From: Proteromonas lacertae
Taxonomy: Eukaryota
DNA length: 64,000 nt
Direction of reading: 5' to 3'
NCBI GenBank assembly: GCA_002245135.1
Contig: NGBS01000881.1
Location: 1-64,000 of the forward strand
The notes beneath the pieces were generated by a model, which saw nothing but the letters and a program-made list of their open reading frames with translations, ran no database searches and had not been told where the DNA came from. Shown one piece after another: positions 11,598 through 20,430 of the stretch. Position 1 is the first letter of the stretch; each line of letters begins with the position of its first letter. A program made the position numbers and the translations under genes.

Positions 11598-11776
11598 ATT
11601 GCATATGAATATCGTTAAATATAAAAGAAATATAAAAAAATAAGATCAAAATAATTTATAATATATGATTGGTTATAGATTTTAATTGGTTAAACATATG
11701 TTTTAAATTCTTTTCTATTTTCATTTTTCTGATAGAATATAACTAACTTTATAATATCATTTCTCTTTCATAAATA

Positions 11777-12529
11777 ATGAGTAATGAAACACCTTACGAA
11801 GCTGCACCTGATGTTGTATTATGTGAATACTTAAAAAGTCCAAAACTATGTAACAAATGGATTATAAAAGGAACAGTAGAGAAGATTGAAGTTCATAAGA
11901 ATGAAAAAAGTCAATATGTTTTAATAACATTTGCTCATGATTTAAATCATCAAGTTGTTATAAATAATGGAAAAGATTGTGAAACTTATTCTGCGGATGA
12001 AGTTAAATATGTTTTAAAACAAATTTATGATAGAAAAGAGAATGATTTTATAGAAAAAATCATTCGCAATTATTTGATTAGTGTTGGTTGTCGTGAGTCT
12101 GAGTATGGTATTAAATACTTTCATAATTTCAACAGTATCATGGTTTGGAGCAACAGTAATTATTTAATACCTCCAAATGTTGATAAAGGTTCTAAAATTG
12201 CAGTTAGTGTAGTTGATTATCAGATTTCTATTAAAAATAATGGTCAGTCTAACTTTGTTAATCATCGTGTTTGTAGTGACATAGTTAGTTATGATGAGAA
12301 TCCTGATTTAGTAACAACAATAAGAAAGTCTAATGAGAAGAAAGCTAAGATAGTTATGAAAGATAAAGATTCTTTTCATACACCTGTTAGAGTTAAAAAG
12401 AATAACATAAAAAAGAATGATATTATAACTACTCATCAACCTTTTAAAAAGACTATAACTGGTGTAACAAATGTATCTAAAGTAATTAACTACATAAAAG
12501 ATGATGATATATCTGATGATGAACCATAA
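11777..12529 (+). CDS. Hypothetical protein, possible OB-fold ssDNA-binding protein; paralogue of 15914-16687
   Basis: 250-aa ORF divergent from polB. LKSPKLCNKWIIKGTVEKI matches LRPSSLNRKWVVKGVIKNI, and further motifs are shared (FIEKII/FVRDIV; IKYFHNFNSIMVW/IKIKYGFDTFILW). Confidence 0.7.
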   Translation: MSNETPYEAAPDVVLCEYLKSPKLCNKWIIKGTVEKIEVHKNEKSQYVLITFAHDLNHQVVINNGKDCETYSADEVKYVLKQIYDRKENDFIEKIIRNYLISVGCRESEYGIKYFHNFNSIMVWSNSNYLIPPNVDKGSKIAVSVVDYQISIKNNGQSNFVNHRVCSDIVSYDENPDLVTTIRKSNEKKAKIVMKDKDSFHTPVRVKKNNIKKNDIITTHQPFKKTITGVTNVSKVINYIKDDDISDDEP

Positions 12530-12667
12530 AAGTCTTAATAATAGCATTAATATTATTCTAATTATTGTGCTCTTAATTACATAAATAAAAATAAATTGTT
12601 TATATTGGGTATATATAGCAAACATATATATATGTATAATTAATATCAATAATTAATTATTTCATTA

Positions 12668-13115
12668 TTAATTAAGTTTTACAACTTTATTATTCGAAGA
12701 ATCATAAGTATTATTCTTAAGTTCTTCATATTTTCTCTTTTTCTTATCTCTGCATTCATTACATGATTTATAGTGAACGCCATTAGGTTTTATATCAAAA
12801 CAATCAACTGATTTATTCTTATTGCATGTTGAGCAGTGAAGTATATTATCTTCTTCTAATGTAGATTCTTCTTGTTCATGGTTCAACACATTTAGCATTC
12901 CATTCAGGATCATCTTCATATTCTTCTATTACTGAATAAATACCATCCAATAAATCTTTAAAAACACCTAATACACATGTTTTAATTAACATTATATTAG
13001 AATCATTATTTTCTTCTAACGTTGCAGGTAGTGCATTCACAACTTCTTTCTCAGTGTCATTTGTGCTAGGCACATCTGAATTACTTAGTGACATTCTGTT
13101 TTTTAAAATACTCAA
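12668..13115 (-). CDS. Small acidic protein with a C-terminal Cys4 zinc finger; two overlapping ORFs probably joined across a 1-nt frameshift near 12878
   Basis: ORF 12876-13115 overlaps ORF 12668-12919, which has CSTCNKNKSVDCF...YKSCNECRDK, the same unit as the other element zinc fingers. Confidence 0.55.
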
Positions 13116-13283
13116 AATCTCAAAGAAAACTATAAATAATAAAATAAAGACAAAATTGTTAACATAAACATATGAATACTATTTGCTAATAATATACCCC
13201 ACCAAAAAGAAGAAGAAGAAATAATAACTCTTTTATATTTTTAATTTATATCAATCTTATTTTTATGCAATAACATTATAATT

Positions 13284-13685
13284 CTAATATTTAATACCAT
13301 TTAATATTATTTTGTTCATAATGATGTTAAGAATTGGATGTCTTTCTAAATGGGTCTTTCCTTCTTTTGATTTTAACCATTCAATATAATTGTTATAATT
13401 AGGGAATACTCTCTTTTCATCTCTTACATATACGCTTGGTTTATAATCATGTATCATTAAAGTATATCTTATTTCATCATATTGTGGAACTAAAGTTTGA
13501 TGACACAAATAACGTTTTTCATTACATTCTTTTGATACTGATTTATTAGAGGTGTCAGGTATTGAGCTTATTTTATGATTAAAATAGAGATAAAATCTAC
13601 AATTATTGCATATATGTTTATCTAAAAAGTCATCATTATTACTGAATGATTTAGATAAAAAATTAAAGTCAATTGAATTTGACAT
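13284..13685 (-). CDS. Element hypothetical protein (133 aa)
   Basis: ATG-initiated ORF co-oriented with neighbours, with a CNNC motif and further Cys/His residues. Confidence 0.6.
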   Translation of the reverse strand: MSNSIDFNFLSKSFSNNDDFLDKHICNNCRFYLYFNHKISSIPDTSNKSVSKECNEKRYLCHQTLVPQYDEIRYTLMIHDYKPSVYVRDEKRVFPNYNNYIEWLKSKEGKTHLERHPILNIIMNKIILNGIKY

Positions 13686-13909
13686 AATGATATATAATAT
13701 AAATTTTGCAAAAGAATATGATAGAAAAATATGAACTGAATAATTAATATAACTTAATTAACATCAGATTCACTTCACACTCTATCCCATTCTCTAAAAG
13801 CTAAAGCTTCTAATCAAATCATCACATATATTATGATATATTGATTATTTAAACCATCTTAATTGTTACATATACATTCTCATCATGTTATTTCTATCAT
13901 TACATATAT

Positions 13910-14149
13910 CTAAATATTTAATTCATTATAATATAATTGATTTAATAATTCTTGTAAATTCATCAAAAAAATATTACTATTGGGTGAATTTGTTTTTATT
14001 CCATATTTACATATATCATTGATCCATTTATACAAATTTAAATATAAATTCGATACTTGTTCCTCTAATATATTACAAGTTATATTTTTAATGCTAATAT
14101 CAATAGGTGATATATTATCATATTCATATATTTTTATCAATTTGTTCAT
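13910..14149 (-). CDS. Small element hypothetical protein (79 aa)
   Basis: Short ATG ORF within a run of minus-strand genes; no motif recognised. Confidence 0.35.
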   Translation of the reverse strand: MNKLIKIYEYDNISPIDISIKNITCNILEEQVSNLYLNLYKWINDICKYGIKTNSPNSNIFLMNLQELLNQLYYNELNI

Positions 14150-14238
14150 GATATTAGAATGAAGTATATTTGTCCCTATTTAAAGAAAAAAGAAATATTA
14201 ATTACTAAGATAATTGAGTAAATTATATGTAACTGTTA

Positions 14239-15012
14239 CTAATTTCTTTTAACCACTTTATACTGATTTAAATATCTTATATTTTTATCTTTTCTTCTAC
14301 ATTTTATACATTTTGAAAATAACTCATTAGTTTTGTTATATATACCCATTTCTTCATAATTTCTTATTTCACCACAATAAGAACACCTAGTCATTCCTTC
14401 TGGAAGTATTTCAGGTAATGTTCTGCCATCAAGTTTGTTTTTATTATACTTCTTATTAGTATTATATTTATTTGCTTTAGAAATTCTGCAAGTTGGACAA
14501 GTTGAATAAAGCTTGTTTGCTTTCATATTAATGCCCATTATACTAATATGATATATCATATGACAAGAAGAACATGATGCATATTCATTAGTATTGTTAT
14601 TTCCATTGATTATATTATTATGTAATTGATTTGCAATACTTTCATTTTTTATTCTTTCTGTCTTTGTCTTGTAATATTTTCTGTTACGGTTTTGACAAGC
14701 TTTACATATTTTACCATATTCACCATTTTGTCTGACAGCTATTTGATGTTTACTTACTATTTTATTACAGCTTGAACATTTAATACAGTTTTCATTATTA
14801 TGAGCATTTATTTTCAAAGATTCATAGATTATTTGATTTGGTTTATTTACAACATTATACTGATAATTATGAAAAGCACAATCTTTGTCAATATGCATAT
14901 CTTTAATAATGTCTCTATCACTATCATTGTCACTACTACTATCACTACTACTATCACTATTCTTAATACAGTCTTTCAACAGTATATATAATTCATTTAT
15001 TATGCTTTTCAT
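14239..15012 (-). CDS. Multi-Cys4 zinc-finger protein (family B, three repeats)
   Basis: Repeats of CxxC-x7-(E/I)MG-x(8-10)-(Y/F)xxCxxCR, e.g. CSYCGEIRNYEEMGIYNKTNELFSKCIKCR. Confidence 0.8.
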   Translation of the reverse strand: MKSIINELYILLKDCIKNSDSSSDSSSDNDSDRDIIKDMHIDKDCAFHNYQYNVVNKPNQIIYESLKINAHNNENCIKCSSCNKIVSKHQIAVRQNGEYGKICKACQNRNRKYYKTKTERIKNESIANQLHNNIINGNNNTNEYASCSSCHMIYHISIMGINMKANKLYSTCPTCRISKANKYNTNKKYNKNKLDGRTLPEILPEGMTRCSYCGEIRNYEEMGIYNKTNELFSKCIKCRRKDKNIRYLNQYKVVKRN

Positions 15013-15111
15013 TATTTAACTGTTTTAGTAATTTATTAATAATATAAGAAATTTGAAAATAAAAATATTTCCCTAAAATATAATAAATAAACAATAGAAT
15101 AATAATATAAC

Positions 15112-15756
15112 TTAAATATTAATTATATTATTAAGTAAATCATATATTTCATTTAAAAAACTGTCACTAAATACAATTAATAATTCATTATCTCTAGTTA
15201 TTCTTGGTATAATTTTTTCTTCTTCAATTACATTCATTTTATTTATAATATTTGTAACATATTTATAACATTTTATGCACATACTGCCTTTTATATTTTT
15301 TCGTTTACAATTATGCATCTCATCACATAACAGACATTTTGATTTAATATAGTCTTCTTTTTTATCTATTTTTCTTCCATTCTTTTTATTCATCTTAATA
15401 CTATTCTTTGATTTATCTCTACACTCTATGCAGCATTGATAAACATTTCCTGTAACTTTATTTATACCCATTTCTTCATAAAGTTTTGATTTTTTGCATA
15501 AGATACATTTTGCATAACCTGGTTCTATTTTATCTATTTTATATTTAAGGTTAACGTTAGATTTATCTCTACATTTAGGGCAAATATTATAATATTTGTT
15601 CCATCTATTCTTACCCATTTCCCAATATTGATATAGTGCTTTACATCTTGAGCATTTGATATATTCATCTGCTTTTGTATAGTAGGGTACTTCAATACCA
15701 TAAAATTCATTATTAATTGAAATTATATCATTATTATTGACATTTTGAGAACTCAT
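15112..15756 (-). CDS. Multi-Cys4 zinc-finger protein (family B; tandem paralogue of 14239-15012)
   Basis: CSRCKALYQYWEMGKNRWNKYYNICPKCRDK and CILCKKSKLYEEMGINKVTGNVYQCCIECRDK. Confidence 0.8.
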   Translation of the reverse strand: MSSQNVNNNDIISINNEFYGIEVPYYTKADEYIKCSRCKALYQYWEMGKNRWNKYYNICPKCRDKSNVNLKYKIDKIEPGYAKCILCKKSKLYEEMGINKVTGNVYQCCIECRDKSKNSIKMNKKNGRKIDKKEDYIKSKCLLCDEMHNCKRKNIKGSMCIKCYKYVTNIINKMNVIEEEKIIPRITRDNELLIVFSDSFLNEIYDLLNNIINI

Positions 15757-15913
15757 TATTAATTCACTTAGAATATAAAAAATAAAACATGCAGATATTT
15801 AGAATAACAATACATCGATTTGCACATTGATTATTGGTTGTTTGCAATTTAGATATTAAAAATATAAATAATAAATCATTTACTTTTTTCTCTATATTAT
15901 ACAATTAATTAAT

Positions 15914-16687
15914 ATGCCTGATATGATAACTCATATATTAAGACCGAGTAGTTTAAATAGAAAATGGGTGGTAAAAGGTGTTATAAAAAACATTATTGAA
16001 GATGAAGATGATGATAAATATACTATTGCTATTAGAGTTGATAAAGACTTTAGACTTATTTATTGGAATTTATCTGAGTATGTTGAACTTAAAAGAAACC
16101 TATATGTCAAAGAGTTAGAAGATACTGAAGATTATCATGGAAATTATTTTGTAAGAGATATTGTTTGTGATTGGTTTAAAGGTCAAGGTAAAAGTGTTCC
16201 AGCAACAATCAAAATAAAATATGGATTTGATACTTTTATATTATGGAAAGATCAATTATCTTTTCATGATATCAAAGGTGAAATGAGTATTTATGATCGA
16301 ATATACTATGAATTAATTGATACATATTTAGAAGTAAAACATAATGAAGTTAAAGATATAGCATATGTATATGTAAAACACAAATTATTTGAAGATAATT
16401 TCTCTGCTTATGATGATGATAAATATTTACTTGAAGATTTAAAATATTATCCAAAAGATATTGAAGAAATAATTGAAGATACATGTATAAAATGTGGAAG
16501 AAACATGAAAGGGGATGAATCCTATTCACCTCAATATGCTTCTGTCAAATATGGCAAAGGTTCATTAAATAAAAGACATAAAAGAAAATTTGATTTAAAA
16601 AAGTTATCTAAAATTAATAAAAAGTTTAAAAAAGATCATGAAAATGATGATATTCTATTTCATTTAGATGATTGGGAACTTGATTAA
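15914..16687 (+). CDS. Hypothetical protein, possible OB-fold; paralogue of 11777-12529
   Basis: Shared N-terminal KW(V/I)(V/I)KG motif; also a CIKC motif, a basic patch and an acidic C-terminus (DDWELD). Confidence 0.7.
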   Translation: MPDMITHILRPSSLNRKWVVKGVIKNIIEDEDDDKYTIAIRVDKDFRLIYWNLSEYVELKRNLYVKELEDTEDYHGNYFVRDIVCDWFKGQGKSVPATIKIKYGFDTFILWKDQLSFHDIKGEMSIYDRIYYELIDTYLEVKHNEVKDIAYVYVKHKLFEDNFSAYDDDKYLLEDLKYYPKDIEEIIEDTCIKCGRNMKGDESYSPQYASVKYGKGSLNKRHKRKFDLKKLSKINKKFKKDHENDDILFHLDDWELD

Positions 16688-16823
16688 AACTATATTGGAT
16701 AATATAATACTAAAAAGTATAAACTGACTTTAAAATGTTATAAATAATATTTATTTTGGGAAATGAAAATAACTATTAGCACAACATAATAATAATAATA
16801 AGACTAATTAATTGAAACATTAA

Positions 16824-17207
16824 TTAATGATATAATCCATACATTACTTTATCCAAGTCCAATCCAAATTTTTCTTTTATATAATTTTTTGCTTTTAAAT
16901 CATGCATTGCAATATATCTATCCATTAGTGCATCAAATTCTTCTGGATCCTCACTATAAATGAATCCTTTATCTAATCCATTTCTTACACGTATATTATG
17001 TCTTCTTCTTTTTTCTCTTATTTTTTCATCTTTAATATGTTTCAACATTTCATTATATCTCTGTAGATCAGCTGTTGATTTAGATTGCACTTGTAGCTCG
17101 TTTGACTGAGAAAATATTTTTCTTTTAAGTGATTCAAATATTGTGTAAAACCATAATAAAGGCTTATAATATGATTCAAGTGAAGATATATAATTTGGAT
17201 TATGCAT
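16824..17207 (-). CDS. Element hypothetical basic helical protein (likely start ATG 17207)
   Basis: ORF track starts at a TTG; first ATG gives MHNPNYISS. Arg-rich KIREKRRRH segment. Confidence 0.6.
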   Translation of the reverse strand: MHNPNYISSLESYYKPLLWFYTIFESLKRKIFSQSNELQVQSKSTADLQRYNEMLKHIKDEKIREKRRRHNIRVRNGLDKGFIYSEDPEEFDALMDRYIAMHDLKAKNYIKEKFGLDLDKVMYGLYH

Positions 17208-17438
17208 TTTTGATACAATAGAATAAATAAAATTGAAGAAAATATAGAATAATACTTTTTCTGTATTATACAAATGCTTCAAAAATGATTTTACCCAATA
17301 AAATAAAACATAGTATGTATTATTTTTTCATTCTCTATATTATTCTCTATATATATGATTTTACTCAACCATAGTCAATCAACATCTTGTATCTACAGTA
17401 TTTAATTTATAAGATGAATTAATAGATCATATAGGAGG

Positions 17439-18047
17439 TTAATTGCATAAATCATCAATGTCATCATTTTCTCCACATTTTGATTCACTCTGATCTATCT
17501 GAAGAGTGAATTTTTGTTGATTACTATCTTTTATATTTGATATATTTTTAGAAGAATTATTCATGTTATTAGATTCTTTTTTGATAGTTTTTTTACTAAG
17601 TGTATATAAATAATGTTTTACACATTTTTTACACTTATTAGTATATTCCATCTTTGATTTGTGTTTTATTTTTCTGCAGATATAACATCTTTGTTCACCA
17701 CCACTTAGTTCTTCATTAAAATGTCTTTTTCTATTATATAAATATTTTTGTTGAAATTTAAAACATATTTTACATAGATCTTTTATAACAAATGAATTAT
17801 ATTTATCATTAAAACATCCATCACAATTAACACATCTAAATTTATCAGATAAATCATTTTTTATTTTTCTATTATTAGAAAAATATATTCTTTTATATTT
17901 TCTGCATTTGCTACACATGTGGTATTCTTTACCTTTATCATTCTTAAAATCATTCATAGGAAAATTATATTTGCATCTTGAACATTTTTTTTCTCTTTTA
18001 ACTAAATTATATGGTAATGTATTTGAATTATTTTCAAGATTTGGCAT
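17439..18047 (-). CDS. Multi-Cys4 zinc-finger protein (family A)
   Basis: CSRCKYNFPMNDF...MCSKCRKYKR, FRCVNC...LCKICFKF and RCYICRK...KCKKC are colinear with 6630-7082. First ATG at 18047. Confidence 0.8.
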   Translation of the reverse strand: MPNLENNSNTLPYNLVKREKKCSRCKYNFPMNDFKNDKGKEYHMCSKCRKYKRIYFSNNRKIKNDLSDKFRCVNCDGCFNDKYNSFVIKDLCKICFKFQQKYLYNRKRHFNEELSGGEQRCYICRKIKHKSKMEYTNKCKKCVKHYLYTLSKKTIKKESNNMNNSSKNISNIKDSNQQKFTLQIDQSESKCGENDDIDDLCN

Positions 18048-18112
18048 TCTTTTCTTCAATATCTAAAAACAGCAAGAAAATTAAAAATGTAAATTTAATA
18101 GAAATTTAATTG

Positions 18113-18354
18113 TAAACTCATACATACACACAATTACAATGCATCAAAGTAATGAAGAATATATGGTATAAACATATATAAATGATATTATGAGAAATTA
18201 ATTTTCTTACTAAATATTGAAATTTTTCTACTTCATCAAAATATTAAATCTAGTTCTTTTGACTTGATATTTTCAATAATAAACTCATACATATACACAA
18301 TTACAATGCATCAAAGTAATGAAGAATATATGGTATAAACATATATAAATGATA
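18113..18354 (+). repeat. 75-bp direct repeat x2 (18113-18187 and 18280-18354)
   Basis: TAAACTCATACATA(C/T)ACA...CATATATAAATGATA, one visible mismatch, in the intergenic region between two family-A genes. Confidence 0.88.
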
Positions 18355-18463
18355 CTAGATATTAAAGTAGAAATGATGAATTATTCATATAAATATATAT
18401 ACACCTAAATTCTAATATAGTAAGATTTACCCATATAAACATTAATTATATATTTAACAAAAA

Positions 18464-18958
18464 TTATAATGCATGTTTATTTAAAGTTTGATGATATTTT
18501 TTCACACAAATATTACACATGTTTTGATATGGCATTATTTCTTTCTTTCTTAAATGTCCACAATGATAACATCTCATCTCTTTATCATTAGTTAACACTT
18601 CATTCTTATACAATTTTTTATATATTTTTATGCTTAATTTAAATCTAAAACATCCTTTACATAAGAATGTCATAACTTTATCATTTAATATCTCTTTACC
18701 TAAGTACTCATTATTATAAAACATTAAACAACATCTGCACTGAAATACCTCATGCATTATATTTAATATCGATTTCTTTTTCTTTAATATAGTCTTATAA
18801 GACCTGCAATATTCTCTGCAATGGTTACACTGATGAAAATATTCATTTGTTTTAGGATTTTTAGTAAAATCAGTTAAACAAAACATTTTCTTACACTTAC
18901 CACACTTAGCAAATCTTGTTCTATCAATTTCATCAGTAGAAAAGTAGATAAATAGAGT
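18464..18958 (-). CDS. Multi-Cys4 zinc-finger protein (family A); open frame extends upstream of ATG 18886 and contains the first CxxC
   Basis: Upstream frame reads ...DEIDRTRFAKCGKCKK-MFCLTDF...HQCNHCREY. Remaining motifs are colinear with the paralogues. Confidence 0.7.
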   Translation of the reverse strand, partial: TLFIYFSTDEIDRTRFAKCGKCKKMFCLTDFTKNPKTNEYFHQCNHCREYCRSYKTILKKKKSILNIMHEVFQCRCCLMFYNNEYLGKEILNDKVMTFLCKGCFRFKLSIKIYKKLYKNEVLTNDKEMRCYHCGHLRKKEIMPYQNMCNICVKKYHQTLNKHAL

Positions 18959-19074
18959 GTGTTCCTATCTGTTCCTACCCCCGCCGTAGCTATCTGTAGA
19001 GAAAAAACTTATAGAGAGAGAGAGAGTGATACATTCACTTTAGCAAGTTAATATTTTAACTGTTTTAAAATATT

Positions 19075-19253
19075 AAATTGGATAGTTTAATCGATTAAAA
19101 TTGACTACAAATCAGCAAAATTGTTTACAAAATTAGTAAAATTGTTTACAAAATTAGTAAAATTGTTTATAAAATGTGAACAAAAACATTGATTTTACTA
19201 TAAATTGTTTATTTTTAAACTATCCATGGTTTTTCTTATCCTCTATTATATAT
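19075..19253 (-). repeat. Right terminal inverted repeat
   Basis: Reverse complement of 4437-4618; ends ...CTCTATTATATAT; includes tandem AAAATTGTTTACAAAATTAGT subrepeats. Confidence 0.93.
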
Positions 19254-19259
19254 TTCATC
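19254..19259 (+). repeat. Right target-site duplication TTCATC
   Basis: Identical to 4431-4436. Confidence 0.88.
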
Positions 19260-20275
19260 ACATTTAAAAATGGGAAAAAGACAGATACTGAAAGAAAATC
19301 TATATTCTAATTTTCGATATAAGTTAGATCTTTCAGATTTATATTTCTCGTTTGATAAATCATCTTTATTAAAAGCATATGGTACTATATATCCAGTTCC
19401 TCAGAGTAATTGTGAATCAGATACAAATATTAAAACAATTTCTTGCATTGTTTCAAAAATCAGTATTTCTGCTGATGGATTTGGTGGAACAAATCCATTA
19501 ACTTCATTTGACTGTAGCGGTACTATTATAAATGCTGAAGCAAAATTTGCATACCCAAATTTTTTTTCTTGTGCTATTTTTGATAGTAATGATAATATGG
19601 TTTCTTTTGGTTCAATAAAAACAAATTATTATGATAAAGACACAGATAATGATCATCATAATGGTGACAGTGATGATCATGGTGGTAGTGGAGGTAAATC
19701 GTTTGCTTCTGGTGGATATTATATAGTATTCATAGTAATAGCAATAATTATGTGCAGTATTGCTTGTTGTTGTTATAGACGATTTCATAAAAGGAATAAA
19801 GTGAATAGTGAAGTTCAAATGGCTTCTCAATCGATAGTAGGACAGAATCAACAACAACAACCAATAGTAAATGCAATTCCTGTTCAACCTTATCAACCAA
19901 ATGATGATAAGAATAATAATGGCAATGTTCCAGTTCAAGGAATTCCGTATAATCCACAACAACAGCCTTATTATCCTAATCCTAATGGTGAACAACCACA
20001 ACCACAGCTATTTTATCCAAATAGTCAACAACTACAACAACCATATTATTCCCAATCCCAATGATCTACAACAGCCACAAGTGATTTATTATTATATTCC
20101 ATCAGCAGCTGTTGGAACAAGTGAACTACCAATAGGGGTTGATCCTCTGCCAATTGGAGTTCAAACTCCACCAATTTCATCTTCAAATTTAGTTCAGAAT
20201 AATATTGATCCAAATAATTCATCGCATAATAATTATTATCTTCCTTCTTCACAAACAACTCCACCAATACAATAA
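19260..20275 (+). pseudogene. 3' part of the interrupted host single-pass membrane protein (Cys-rich TM end, Gln/Pro/Tyr-rich tail); 1-nt frameshift near 20050
   Basis: TM YYIVFIVIAIIMCSIACCCYRR. The YYPNPN repeat continues in the next frame (NPNDLQQPQVIYYYIP), matching the tail of the divergent gene 3474-4263. Confidence 0.75.
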
Positions 20276-20430
20276 CCTATTATTTAATATAAATTTGTTA
20301 TTATTTTAATGTATTTCTTTTCTTTTGAAGCTAATATTTTGTATTTTTTGTAAGCTACATAGGTGTATTAAATAAATTACAAAAATGGTAATAATGAATG
20401 TAAATTACCATATTAATGTAATTTTATGAA

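Larger units (their letters stand above)
4437..19253. mobile_element. Maverick/Polinton-like element (14.8 kb) with pPolB, TIRs and 6-bp TSD; no recognisable integrase or virion genes
   Basis: ~180-bp TIRs, flanking TTCATC duplication, Polinton-type protein-primed PolB, and insertion into a reconstructable host ORF. Confidence 0.92.

Noticed and set aside
19013..19026. (AG)n tract as the true Polinton terminus
   Set aside because: No matching (CT)n partner or TSD; the TIR, TSD and empty-site reconstruction place the end at 19253.
19612..20267. Hydrophobic minus-strand ORFs
   Set aside because: Antisense to the Gln/Asn-rich coding strand; compositional artefact.
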